This document shows, piece after piece, positions 40,738-53,949 of a stretch of 64,000 bases of DNA. A program made the translations under genes and the position numbers. Source of the DNA: Sphagnum compactum (taxonomy: Eukaryota); assembly GCA_965153455.1 (NCBI GenBank), contig OZ234494.1:10602001-10666000 (forward strand). Reading direction: 5' to 3'. The notes under the pieces were generated by a model. It was not told where the DNA came from. It saw only the letters and a list, made by a program, of their open reading frames with translations, and searched no databases. Numbering within the stretch: the stretch's first letter is position 1; every line of letters begins with the position of its first letter.

Positions 40738-43351
40738 TTAACCCAAAGTGGACTTGTTGAAAAGCTCCATTGTAAGGTTTGCAATAAATGCAGGATAGGA
40801 CTTGAAGTTTTTCAAAAAGGTAGTCACCTGTTCATAGTACAGACACATCATAAATACATGCAACACATTTTAGCAAGCACGTTTCGCTACAGAATTATCA
40901 TTCACTTAGTGCAGAAGGGTCATTGACAAATTTGGAAAGCTCTAGCTATGGTGCTAAACTTGGGTTAAGAAATGGAGATGTTGAGTGAGCACCTGACGTT
41001 CAAGCTCCGGTGAGGTTGTGTACTCATTTGCCTGTAGCAAGTCCCATCCAGAAAAAAGGTCATGCTGACTGAATTTGCATGAAGACAGCAAAGAATGAAA
41101 AAGATATTGGACATGGCTGTACTAGTGTGATAACATACTTGCCAACAGATTACATCCAACAAGGGAGTTGGATGGTAGACAGATCAAATGGTGAGGCAAA
41201 AGAGAATGGCAAAATTACCACCATATCCATCCGACCAGAATTAAGCTGGAACAATAGCTCCTCATCAGCATTTTGTGCATATATTGATTGCAGAGTGAAT
41301 AGAGTCACAGGCATTCCTGTTGATGAGTCCTTCTCCTCTCTCATAAGTACCTGTGTGTTGAAAAGAAATTTTTACTGCAACATGCTTCCTGACCATAATC
41401 AGAATGTGCCCATGAAATGACATGTACACAATTAAATGGATATATTTGGTCATGCTAAACTATGGAGAAAATGAAGAATTTTGCACTCAAGTCTGACCAT
41501 TTACAACTCCAGTGAGAAATGCCAAGAGCCTTACCGTATACCCAAATAAAAGAAAGCAAGCTGTTCTGAAAAGATTAATCTTGTCTGCAAACACTCGCTG
41601 GTACCTGTGCCCAGCAAATCTCAACAACCTACACCTGTTCTCTTGTCCTCGAAAAATAATAGCACTGTGCTCCAGAATCTGAAATATGAAGTGAAGAGGG
41701 ATCTAAAAGAAGAAAGTGGTGTTTGATAGTTGCCAACTTTCAGCAGCCAAAACTACAGGATCAAAACAGAAAGAACATACACTTTGCTGAATCCATGGAA
41801 AGAAGATGGGAATAAATGAAAATGTTTGACCAACTAGTTTAGAACCACTTACCGTGTTTCACGCTTCTCCAGTGTACTAACTTGCTTAGTCAACTCAACA
41901 ACTTTCTTTTCAAGTATGTTTCTTTCCTCCAAGAACCCCGAATCACTTACTCTCCCATTTCCTAGACCACAATGAAAAACAGGTAAACAAATAAGGTACA
42001 TAACAAAGATCAATAGATGACACCTAGGAATCCCTGTTTCTCACAAACCTGTGATTTCCCCATTTTGCTCAAGCAATTTGACCCTCTCTCGCAAAGCATC
42101 CACTTCAGCTTGTAGCGCTTCATGGTGCTCATCGATATGAAACTCGGCCTCAAGGTTTTTGATGAGATGAAGCACCTTGGTCTTTGAGGAATCAAAATCA
42201 CCATGCCCTAACTGCCACAAGAACCACATGTCACTAGGCTGATCAATGTACTACAGCAATCTACTCTTTTCTGCAACAATTGAGAGATCACCTGCTGAAA
42301 AGGAAATTCACTGACAGCAAGAGCATCACTCCATGTGCAGCAGCAATAGTTCTGGAGCTGAGAGCTTGTCCCCCATGAGACTAAAGATCAAATCCTTGAA
42401 GGGGGTGGGGGAAGTACCTTGGACTCCAATATAGCTGCATCCTGTCTTAGTCTGTCACACTCACGCTCCAAGCATTTGAGTTTCTCGTATACCTCATTCA
42501 CATCTTCAGTCTCTGCCTTTGACAAACTGGAATTTGAAGCATGGCTGCTTCGTGCAAGTGCGTCTTCCAACTGTGTCACATGTAGTTGTGAATCAGCAAG
42601 TGCTGCTTCAAGTTCCTGCAAACAAAATGCAAGGGTTTTATTTTGAGTTACAAACCCTACAGACATGTATGTATAAAATAGAGAGTTCAACTCAAAGGAA
42701 GTGACCAGCATATTCATGTCTCCACTTTTACAGTGGGGCTCTACAGAGTCTTCCTTTTGCCATGCAAAAGCAGATCAAGTCACATCCCCATGGACATCAA
42801 TAAGGATGCATCTCAAGGTAACAAGAACTATCCTGATCACTACCTTGATGCGCATGTCTCTGATCTTCTTCTGAGGTGTATTTGGGGAACCTGGCTGCTG
42901 CTGCTGCTGGCTGGATACAGGAGCTTCTTCATGGTCATAAGACTCCACTATTGCCTTAAGCCCATCTCGCTCCATAGTGAGCAATGCCACCTGTGGAAGG
43001 ATATTACAGTTCATCGGATTACAAAACAGAAGGATCAGTATCCACAAAAAATGCTGAACAACAACAGCAACGCTGTCCACTGATAGAAGATGCAAAAGCA
43101 AACCCTATGAAAGGACCAAGGGAGGATTAGAGCTTTTACGTCCTTTTTTTTACCTTACGCTCAGTTCTCTTCAGCTTGAGCGTGGCATCCGCCACTTCTG
43201 CCTCCGCTGCAACTGCTCGAGCCTCCGCTTGCTGCCGTAAGCTGTCAGTCTCTAGAAGCGCATTCTGAAGCTCCGCAATCTCAGCTTGCGATTCCTTTTC
43301 CAACTGCTGCATCTTCAATCTCCAATAAGCGACATCAGCAAGCCCTGCCAT
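40738..43351 (-). CDS. MAD1: MAD1-like mitotic spindle checkpoint protein, C-terminal portion only; 9 exons, ~381 aa
   Basis: Exons (minus): 43351-43154, 42990-42844, 42615-42418, 42211-42049, 41961-41853, 41604-41535, 41350-41219, 41031-40993, 40827-40738. All are GT-AG, 1146 nt in frame. Coiled coil, then LGHGDFDSSKTKVLHL (MAD2-interaction region), RYQRVFADKINLFRTACFLLFGY, LQSIYAQ...LLF and PAFIANLTMELFN-stop. The start codon is uncertain. Confidence 0.9.
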
Positions 43352-43964
43352 TATCCCTAATGATATCACCACCGCAGCTTCTCTGTGTCTCTGTCTCTAC
43401 TATCACTTGTGGAGCAGCATGGCAGAAGAATGCGGAAGAAAAGAAACCTTCAGATCCGCGAAGAATTATTCAACAAGAGAAACCAGCAACAGTGCTAAAA
43501 GCGAATTCTTCAATTCCAAAATGAAATGTCGCGAATCCCGAACTACGTGAACCAATTCTTGAAGCAAATAAACAAGTAAAGATTATTCTACAAAAATTCT
43601 AAAAAAATTCTCCCTTCGAAGATGAAAAAGAAGCAGAAGTACGAAATCCAAAGAGTGATGCATTTTGCCACTGTCTTAGTCGTCGTCGTTGTCTTCTTCT
43701 TCCCCATTGAATGCTCAAGAAAGTCACTCTAGAACTCCACTCCAGTTCTCTCCCAAAAAAACGAAACGGGGGATGAAAATACAAACCAAAATTGCAATCC
43801 CGCGCTCGTCCATGAATAGTAAGTTAGTAAGTGCACAGACTCGACCGAGTACTATGCGTGAGTGGGTTTCAAAAGTTTTCAGTAGATTGTTTGGGGATCT
43901 GCGAAACCCTAAAGTTTTTGGAGGGGTTGTTCTTTATTTGTTTTGTCATGGTAACCGCCGTAGT

Positions 43965-44272
43965 AGCCTTTACTGGCGAAATTTCGCCAAAAAGTTAAAC
44001 TAAAAATCAAAGATCGAAAATGAAGTGGTTTTGAAGGTTTTCAATCGCCAGAAGTGAGAAAAAAATTTAAATCACCAGATCCCTGTATTTTGGTTTCCAG
44101 TATGTAGCCAAATATATAGAAGGATGATTAAAGATTTAAAGTTTAGATTTGGTTTATAGCCAGATTTGGCTAAATCTTCCTAAGGACTATTGCCTGTTGT
44201 TCTTTCTACATCTTGCGATGGATGGTCGCCGCTGTGATTCCAAAAGAGAATTCCTCAAAAAAAAACCCACTG
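43965..44272. repeat. Dispersed ~300-bp repeat (MITE-like); related copies at ~8945-9050, 16935-17180, 22748-23070 and 27750-27880
   Basis: Shared cores TAGCCA(G/A)ATTTGGCTAAAT, CTACATCTT..ATGGATG and GGCGAAATTTCGCCA, in either orientation. Confidence 0.7.
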
Positions 44273-44479
44273 GGCCATAGCCTAGTCCCATTCTCTCCCC
44301 AGAAAATTGAAATTTTCAATTGAAGTTTGTCATGTCAGGACATCTGTCTCCAATTTAATTCAGGAAGTCTTCCTTTCTTTTTTTCTTTGGGGGGGTGTGG
44401 GGGGCTGCTTGGGCCTTTGCTTCCTAGGGGTTTTGGATGTTTCTTTGTGAATGGCTCCCTCGTTGCACCCCTCGTTGGT

Positions 44480-47160
44480 TCAAGATACTCATGTCCTCAT
44501 TGTTCTAGCCTTTACATTTTAGGCGATCTCTCTAAGCATGTCAAAAGTGCTCACCTTCTTGGTAGCCTTGTTTCCTAGGCTACTCAAGTTGTTTTACTTT
44601 TTGCAGGTGTTTTTTCTTTCTATGTTTCTCCATGGTTTTATTCCTCTTGTTTTTAAAGGTTGGTTTCGAGTTTAATCTAGCTCCATTTTGGGGCTATTGG
44701 AGTTTCATTTTGTGTGGCCTCGTTTGTTTCATAAGACCCTTTGAGTCATCTAGGACAAGCTCAAGCAGGCTTTTCACCTACCCTTGATCAAATTGTTCGA
44801 GACCCGATAGACGAGTTAACATGGTTCCTTTTCTTTCTAATGCCCTGTTGGTGTTTACGTTATACTCGAAGAAATCGTTCAGGTCAATGAAAGGTGTATG
44901 CTTGCCTCAAGAGGTTTATAGTAGGCGATTGGGCCTCTCTTTAGGAGGAATCTTCACGTGCTTCATGTGCACCCCATTTTCACCACTCATGGGAAGATTT
45001 TTCGACCACTCATTTTTGCCAATGTCTAACTTTAATGAGAGTCAATGAGTATAATTGCGTTGCTAAAGCTCTTCAACCCATGACATCAGCTATTCCTTCG
45101 AAAGACACCATTGTTACCCTGCGCCAGCTGCACCCCCCTCCTTTTGTCCCTCCACCTATTTTGGACTATCAACCTGAGCACATTTTTGTCTTGCATAGGA
45201 CTCTGTTTGCCCAAGCTTTAGCCACTACTCCCCATTTGTTTTCGGGTGGGCTTTTTGGGATGGTATATGAACATCTCTCAAGATGTTTCATACCAAAAGA
45301 CCCATCTTTAGGGTTTTCGGAATTATTCCGAATTGTTACTGTTGTTGCTCGTGGGGATATCTTTAGGTCGGTGGCCCTAGTGCTGGGGGTTAGCAGATTG
45401 TTGACAATGGCAAAAGACACTAGTGGTCATCGTCTTATTGTCGTAGGCGATGTGTTTTTTCAATTTTTTAATCATTCCATTATTCTATAGCTTCGGGGGG
45501 CCATTTTAGGAACACCTATCCCCACATTAATTTAGAATATCGACCCTTGGAAGCTATGAGGCCATCCTTTTTGGTGTTCGAACCTTCTTCAACCTACACC
45601 TTGATTAGGCCGTGATGCAAATTGATATTGAAAATGCTTTTAATAATGTTTCTCCAGTTGTTATTTTTAAAGAGTTATGTGATGCTGAGGGGCTTTTGGC
45701 GAACATTGTCCCTTTTACTAAGTTGTTTTATCATGTTCATTCTTCTTTGTATTACCAACATGGGTGACATGTGGAGGGGGTCACCATTATTAAATCATCT
45801 TCAAGCACGAGGTAGGGTGACCCCTTAGGAGGTCCTTTATTTGTTTTGGCCCATTATCAAGCTTTCCTAGAGACCATCGTGTGGGCCCCAAGTTGTGTCT
45901 TTCCATCCCTAATGGATGATACTCACATCTTGGGGCCTATGAGTGAAATTACCCGTGCCTTTGACCACCTTTCAACCTAATTAGCCCTAGTGGGGCTTAA
46001 GGTCAAAGTGTCAAAGTGCAAGTTTCAGAGTCCATCAAGGATCTATTTAGGCATAGAAATTTTTCAAGGTTGCACTTTGGTCACAGATGGCTTACACATT
46101 TTGGGTGTACCAACAGGTTCTCAGGACATTGCCACACATTTTTTGGATGAGGCTTTATCTCAAGACATGACACATATCAATGATCTTCTTATCCTAGGAG
46201 ATGCCCAAGTTTGCTTTGGGCATTTTGTCCTCATGTGTAACTTGTTGACCTTTTTATCTCACATGGATAATACCTCCTTCCTTCCTGTCTCTTTTGGCAA
46301 GTGTCAACAAAAGAGTTATGCAGGTATGTGGGGACATTATGGATCCAGGATTGTGAAAGTTTTTTCAGGGCCTTTCAGTGAAGCATTAAGCTCGACTATC
46401 GATATCCTTTGGTGGTATAGGCCTTTTTTTTATGGAGGATTGTGCCCCATCTATTTTTTTTAAGGAATTAGGCTCTGGTGGCTCCTTATTTGTGCTCTAG
46501 GTTTCGTATTTTCGATAGACCTATTTTGGAAGAGTATGTTTCTCAGGTTGAGGGGGGCCCACACTAGCTTAAATCATGCCTACGTGTAGCACAAAATGGC
46601 CTTCCTCCTACAACTAGGGAAATGCACCCTTCTTTTGAGAATCTGGCAATTACTAGCACCCCAAGTCTATTGGCATCCCTTAAGTCTATCTTAGAAAATA
46701 ACTCCATTTCCTCAACATCTAGAGCTCACATTCGTTCTTATTCGGGCAAGGGGGCAAAGTTATGGTTGGTTGTTAGGCCATTTATCTGTTCGTTTCACAT
46801 AACACACTTTACTTTCATCTCGACATTGCATTTTCATCTCAGTTGATTCAGCCCTCAACATCTAGTCTTTTCACGAGTGAATATGGACATGGGTTGGACG
46901 CATCTAGCACACACTTAGCTCGTTGCTCGTTTAGAGGTTAATGGATATGCCCTCATTCGATAGAATGGGCACACTATATGGAGAGAGTGGTGGTATGCCC
47001 TTACGTCAAGAATTTTATTACGAACCACTATCTACATGACCTGAGAAGACCAAGTCTTCATTACCAATAAGATGGTTACTGACCCAACACAGGAAACAAT
47101 GGCTTCAAATGTCATTAGTTGACCATCAAGTGCAATTACGGAACTTAGTGCCATTGCTAA
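44480..47160 (+). mobile_element. Degenerate non-LTR retrotransposon, CRE/R2-like (RLE type), with many stops and frameshifts
   Basis: N-terminal C2H2 finger YSCPHCSSLYILGDLSKHVKSAH (~44486). RT motifs SRLLTMAKDTSGHRLIVVGDVF, HLSPH*FRISTLGSYEAILFGVR, MQIDIENAFN, TR*GDPLGGPLF, PSLMDDTHILG, GLKVKVSKC and HILGVP. Then GAKLWLVVRP and a decayed knuckle TSEYGHGLDASSTHLARC (~46873). Confidence 0.8.
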
Positions 47161-48045
47161 GCTAACCCTAAACCTCCTTCATTTAACCTAGACATCCCTA
47201 GGCTATCATAGGTTAACCTAATATAACTTAAGGTTATTTAGGTTAAATTAGGTTGACCTAGGATAACATAAGTTTACCAAGACCTAACCAAAGTCAAACT
47301 TAACCTAACTAAAATTAAACCAAAGTTAAACCTAAGTTAACCAAAGTTAAACTTAGGCCAACCTAGGCTAAACAAAAGCTAAACATAGGTTAACCAAGGT
47401 TAAACATAACTAATCAACATTAAATTTAAATTAAACCTAGGTTAAATAAGGCTAAACATTAATAAATCAAAATTAAACCTATGTTAACCAAAGCAAAACT
47501 TTAGTTAAATTTAGGTTAACTTAAGCTAAATTTAAATTAACCTAAGATAAACTAAGGCTAAAATTTGCTTAAACCTAGGCTAATTAGGCCTAAATTCAAG
47601 TTAAATATAAGTTAATCAAGGTTAAGCTTAAGTTAAACCTAAGATAACCAAGGTTAAACATAGGTTAATCAGAGTTAAATTTAAATTAAAAACTTGGTTA
47701 AACTAGGCTAAACTTCACAAACTAACCAAAGGCAAATTAAAGTTAAACCTACATTAAACTTAAGGTAAACAACTTGACTAAACATTGGTTAACCAAAGCT
47801 AATTTTATGCTAACCAAGGGTTAATTTAGGGTTAAACTTTGGTTAAACCTAGGCTTACCAAAACTTAACCTAGGTCAATTTTAAGTTAATCAAAACTACA
47901 CTTATTAGGCTAACCTTAACTAAACTTAAGCTAACCAAGGTTAAATTTAAATTAATTTAGATTAGTTACCATTAAACCTAGGCTAATTAAAATCAAACCT
48001 ATGTTAAACCTATGTTAATCTAGGCTAAATGTATGTTAGCTAGAT
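47160..48045. repeat. Cryptic ~10-bp periodic AT-rich satellite built on AACCTAGGTT/TTAA palindromes
   Basis: Continuous variants such as AAACCTAGGTTAA, TTAACCAAAG and GCTAAAC over ~880 bp. A related AACTAA-type block lies at ~49215-49420. Confidence 0.85.
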
Positions 48046-48299
48046 GAGGAAAAAGGTTTAAAAGGACAAAAATTTCTTATTGTGTCAAATGTCCCATAAT
48101 AAGATTCAATGCTTGCTTGTGTGTCTTGGTTAGAATGTGGCACTCATCAAAAACCTACCATCCACAAGTTTATTTGACTTGTAAAATGCATTAAAAGACA
48201 ATGGTTTGGGTGTGGTTGGAATAACTCATAAAATGATTTTTTTTGGATATGTATGATAATGGGGGATGAAGAAGATAATTAAAAATGAACTTGCATACC

Positions 48300-48870
48300 A
48301 AATTCACAATAATAAGTCCAAAAGTATTGAGTCCATCGCTAAACTTATGTCATTCAAAATTATCAACCACCTTTTCTTTCCAATGTCCCTTGAAGGATTC
48401 AATGGTCTCATTAGATTGATGAACATGTACATGACCTTGTGAAGGTCATTGGATAGTGCATGATGCACCCATATATCTTTGATTTTATCCATTGACAGTG
48501 AACGCCATGCTTTCAAAACATGCCATGTGCAAAGGGAAATGGGCGCATTATCCTTATTCCACACAATTTTATACATGCACAAAATTTTCACATTAAAAAA
48601 CACACACACATCTACAAACATGAATATGCAAACATAAACAAATTGGAAAGGAATTGAAAAGGGTGAAAATAAAATAATCCATTCACCATATTACTTGCAA
48701 TTGTTGTGGGGCATCATCATTAATAAACAAGATGGTTTCCATTCGGGCATGTTTGATAAAGTTTTTGCCTCTAGGGGAATTAACCATTCCACCAAATCTT
48801 TTTATGTTTATCAACTTGTGATGATCTAAGCCAATGTGATGTGCATCAATCACCATTGATGTGAACAAAT
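48300..48870 (-). mobile_element. Mutator-like (MULE) transposase remnant
   Basis: Fragments FTSMVIDAHH, FINDDAPQQL and SLCTWHVLKAWR resemble the MULE DDE domain, including the C-x-WH motif. Disrupted. Confidence 0.65.
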
Positions 48871-49749
48871 GAAATTGACATTATTGATGTCATGGGCACG
48901 AACACAACCAAGTCTATAAGATTTCCTAATTAAAACAAGAACAAGGGCATGCCTAGTTCCAAATTTTAAATTGTGAAACAAGAAAATAAGAACAAAAATG
49001 TGACATGTGCGAAACAAGAATCCACAAGATTTTATTGCAAGGAAGAACAAAAACAAAACAAGGTTATAACAAGAAAACATACCCAAAATTAAGGTTGAAC
49101 AGATTAAAAGTAATGGAGAATTTACTTTTATTTATACCTATTGGGCACCTAGCTTAAAAAAATTTCTCAAAAAACTTTCAACCCACATGTGGCCCATGTT
49201 CACCCATGTGTAAACTAGTGAACTAAGACTTAACTAAAAGTGAACTAAAATTTAACTAAGAATGATTTAAAACTCAACTAAAAGTGTACTAAGAGTTAAC
49301 TAAGAATTAATTACAAATGAACTAATAGTTAACTAAAAGTGAACTATAATTGAATTAGGACTTAATTAAAGTGAATTGGAACTTATCTAAAAATAAACTA
49401 AGAGTTAGGTACAAGTTCATTATAAGTCATGGATGAACATTCATATGAATGAACTTCATGGCGTTAGCATCCGTGATAAGTAGTGCCAAATGTGATATCC
49501 AACGAAAATAGCCCGATTATCGCCACACAAAAACATGGATTGCAATTGTGTGGGTGTTTAAATCCTTGTGGTGAATGGATGGGAATCCCATTAATTTCAC
49601 CCACATCTTAGAAATAAAACACATCCTTGACATGATTGTATGCCTATGTTTGAATATAAATGGTTGGTTTTTAAATGTAAGTGTCAATTCTTTGTTTTGT
49701 GTTTATGGTCTAAATAGGTAATGTTTTGTTACTTGATAAAATAATCTCT

Positions 49750-50703
49750 TGTCGCAACCCTAGCCTTGGCTTGCGACCAAGGCAAGGGGGTCGCAAGTGT
49801 GCGGGCCTATAAGTAGACCCGGGAGTCATATCACATGCTCCCGGGAGTGCAAAGAGTGTGAAGGAGTGAACCCTCACACTCCCAAGTGAACTCCCATGTT
49901 GGGAGTTGGTGAGAGTGGAGTCCCAAAAGGACTCCCGAAACTTCAGAGAGCGTTTTGAGGGGTCAAAACTCAATGGCTTGTTGCGTTCTTTATATCAATG
50001 AAAAGCTCTTGAAGTGTAGATGTCTAAAATGGGCTCGCATTGCTCATTTGGACATCTAAAACACAAGTTATGGCCAAAAGAAGGCCCGGGAGTCGAACTC
50101 CCGGGAGTCCGCCAGTTTTGACTCCCGAACACTAAAAGTCGGGAATCGATCCGAAATACTTGGCTGCAGAAAAATGTGCGACATACCGTTGGAAAGGTCT
50201 TGACGAGACCTACAACTTTGCTTCAGACGGCGAGTCGATCGGAGGTCTGCTCCGATAGTTATAAAGCTTCAAAGTCGCGGGAGTCCCGAAAATGCGCGAT
50301 TTCGGGATTCCCACGCGGGAGTCCCGGGAGTCCCGGGACAAAATGGCCATTTGGATGCCACCCCCGCGACGAGTCACAGAGTATACTATAGGGAGTAAGG
50401 TGGTGGCTTACTCCCGAGCCCGGGGTGTGGTGTGTCAAAGTGAGTCCGAGTTCACCCGTGGCTGTCCCAACACCAAAAGGACCCAAAATGAGTTCTAACC
50501 ACTTTGTGTGGTTTCATGCAGGCCCGTGTGAATGAGTAAAGCTTGTCAACTCTTCCTAGTCTTTCCCGGGACTTCTAGCACGCCCCTCTTACCCCCCCCC
50601 TCTAGTGCTGGAAGTCGGGATCGTGCTCCAAGTTCCAACTCCTTCCGCATTGCCACATACTTGGACCCTCAAGTGGGTCCACTAGGAATTTGGGAGTGCG
50701 TCA
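49750..50703. mobile_element. Solo LTR (~954 bp) of an LTR retrotransposon
   Basis: Starts TGTCGCAACC and ends GAGTGCGTCA (TG...CA). Flanked by an identical 5-bp TSD, TCTCT (49745-49749 and 50704-50708). GC-rich relative to the flanks, with recurring CGGGAGTC/GACTCCCG motifs. Confidence 0.9.
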
Positions 50704-53494
50704 TCTCTTGTCATAGCTTCCCTTGCATTGACTCAATCCCTCCAAATCACTTTGTGTTTTGTTATATATTTGTTTGATGGTGTAGTATCCCAAATTCAAC
50801 TAAGTCCATATGTGGTCTTTAAAAGATTATGACATTCACAAAGCATAAAAAGACATGTGAGTGATGGACTTGGGATCTTGTTTGCCATGTGCAGGTCATC
50901 ATTCATTCAAGTGTGCAATGTGCACATAATGAAAGAAGGACAAGTTTCAATCGTATATATGATCACATGATTGACAATGTGGTTAAACAATTTTGTTTGA
51001 TAGATTAAACGTGGTTTGAATATTCACAATGATCATTTGGACCATGCCCGCATTCACACCTATAAAATATTCATTTGATTTAAGAATTTAACATGGTGTC
51101 AAACAATACATAAAAATGATAAAATATAGCAAGGGCATGGAATGTGACACTTACTAAATATGCCCAAGGTGGTGCCTAGTTATTGTGTTTTTGATATATT
51201 TTTGAACATTCATGTTTCTGTGTATGTTCCATTCCATGGGGTACACAAATCACCTGTTTCCCCTTCTATATATGAGCTCATTAACACATACATGTGATAT
51301 ATATGCAAGGTCTATGGAAATTTTGTTAGTACCTCCATGTTGTTCACCCTTTGTCCATATCAATTCCACATTTGAAAATATTAAGACCTCTTATTAGAAT
51401 TAAAACAACATGGTTAAACATGCATTGCCTTCACATGTCTACAAAGCTTAATCTTCTAGACCAAAAGAGAACCAAAACCCTACAAGTGGTATGTGAATCA
51501 AGCCACAATTAATTTAATAAACAAATGATCATAAACAAATGTCAAATTAAAAAAAATTAAACAATTTGCATTGGGGGGGGGGGGGGTAATCATGGAAAAA
51601 AATTGAATCTAATCAAACAAAACCCCTTAACGATGTAAAGAGAATTAAATGTTACAATTACCTTTTGTATTGAAAGTTGTTTCCACTTTCCTTAAAGAAA
51701 TATCCAACCTTCAATTTGCCTATTCAAACTACAAGTGTAATACTCAATCTTTCCTAATGAGGCCCAATCACTATGAATCTAATGTAAATATCTCTACTTT
51801 AAGCTTAAAGCTCCAACATGAGTAAAAATGCATTACCTTCACTTGATTACAAGGCCCGTTAATCTTCCAAACCATTAACCTTGAAAGGACAAAATGGACA
51901 TTTAGATTGATTTTTAAAAGTTTAGGGAGTTGTAATTTTTTGAAAAAAATTCAAAATGAATAATTTGTACCATATATTTAATGAGGACAACTACTTTGTG
52001 AAGAAAATTAAATATGAAATAATGTGATTTCCTATTTTAAAAGTGGATTGCGATCATGACATTTGGGTTCTAAAGGGTGGGAACATTTGATAATTTTACT
52101 ATAATTTTTTTTTGGAAATTTGGCAACTAAAACACCCAAAAGACACACAAATTTTGAGGTTCTAAAAAAAAAAAAAACATTTCACCATTTGGTGATTTTT
52201 TCCCCAAAAAGCATTTGTTGCCCAAGAAAAAATTAATGACTCCCTAAGGCCATGAATCCAAAATTATGAATAAAGCCAATTTATGAGATGTGAATTAATT
52301 CCAAATAAAGTAATAAAATGTGAACATGTTTTTTTTATGTAGTTGTGTGCATTTATCAATCAAATTTGGCATATACCTTTATCAGTTTTTTGCATTTAAA
52401 AAAATTCATTGTGTATGTATAATTTTGGTGATGCCATGTGGTTTGCAAATGATGAGGAGAGCGATGGTAAAGGAACTATGTAACTTTTGTTTTTGTGTAA
52501 TGATGCATAACTTATGTATGTACAATATAACATTTTGTTGTCATATATTGGAGGTACCATAGTACATGAATGGTTTTGGCATTAATTAAATTATTTTTTG
52601 TTTTGCTAAATTTTTTTAAATTTATTTATTACTTGTGCTGAATTTTTATAAGTATTATAAAATTTAAAAATTTGCAAATTTTTGACTATTGGGTTTGAAT
52701 TGCAGACCTAAACACACCAAACTGTCCCATAAACATAACAAGAATATGTCTATTAATTTTTATAACCATTACTTGCTGAAAATTTTAGAATTAAAAAACC
52801 AAGTGCCACATGTAAGATTTAAATTTTAATTAATTATTTGAAAATTTGTTGCCAAATTTGATCAAGGAGTACAATATTCCATGTGTATTTTTGACTTTTA
52901 ATTTTTTCGCAAAAGGTGCAAACATCTTTGAGTTCAAATTATTAGGGGTATAGATGAGACAAAGAGGAAATATTATTCTAACCTTTTATATGGATATTTG
53001 TTTCCACTAGAAAAAATGAATACAATTTGCTTTATATCTGTGTGATTGAAGCAAACTTCTAAATCTTATCCAATATTTTGTGCTTTAATTTTATTTAGTA
53101 TCAAGAAAGAGGTTAATAAAAAAACATTAAATGTCATAAAAGTTCGCTCCCAAAAAACTAGCTAAAAAATCCCTCTTTTCTTTTTAACCAAAATAAATAA
53201 ATAATACAAATTGTACATTATGCATTAAATGGGCTAAAGTGGAGGCAAACCAATTGGAAATTATGCTAATAGAATTGAGTGCAAGAGCATCCGGGGTTTA
53301 TAATTGTTTTTATATTTTCATTTAGGTCCTAAATTCCATTGTATTATTTCTATTTATCCTCTAACACACAAGGGTTGGTTTATTCTCTCAACTTTAATAA
53401 TTTTACCCCAAAATCAAGAGAGGGTTAAATGGAATAATAACTACCTAATACCCTAGTAATACCCCTAGTAGGGTATCACTACCATGTGAATCCT

Positions 53495-53600
53495 GCTTCA
53501 ACGGGGGGAAAATGGACAAAACGGGCCGGGTGCTTATAAACAGTACTTCCATGCACCCGGGGAAACAACGCCCGTTACCCTTACCCGCCGTGGGGGAGGA
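53495..53600 (+). promoter_or_regulatory. Putative core promoter of the Enkurin-domain gene
   Basis: TATAAA at ~53535, clustered AACGG/CCGTT MYB-like cores (~53500, 53520, 53572) and a CT-rich Y-patch downstream (53630-53670). Confidence 0.4.
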
Positions 53601-53949
53601 CAGGTTCTTGCGACTCCTGCGTCGCTCGCTCCCTCCCTCCCTCCCTCCCTTCCTCCCTCCCTCCCTCGCGCGCTCGCTTCCTTGGTTTCTTCCAAATTCA
53701 ACCACCTGATCGCCTTCTTTCCAATCGATTTCCCGCTTTCCTGAGTCGCAATTTTGACGACAATTCATACTTGTGAAGCTCGTGATTGTGACCGCTTTGT
53801 TAAATAAATTGTTACGTTTTTTGTTTAATAGCTTAATATCAGGGAAGGACGTCGTGGAAATGCGCATATGAAGTTTGGAGGCGGGGGAGAGGGACATAGA
53901 CAGAGACAGAGACAGAGAGAAGCTGCTGCTGGGAAGGAAGGAACCAAGG

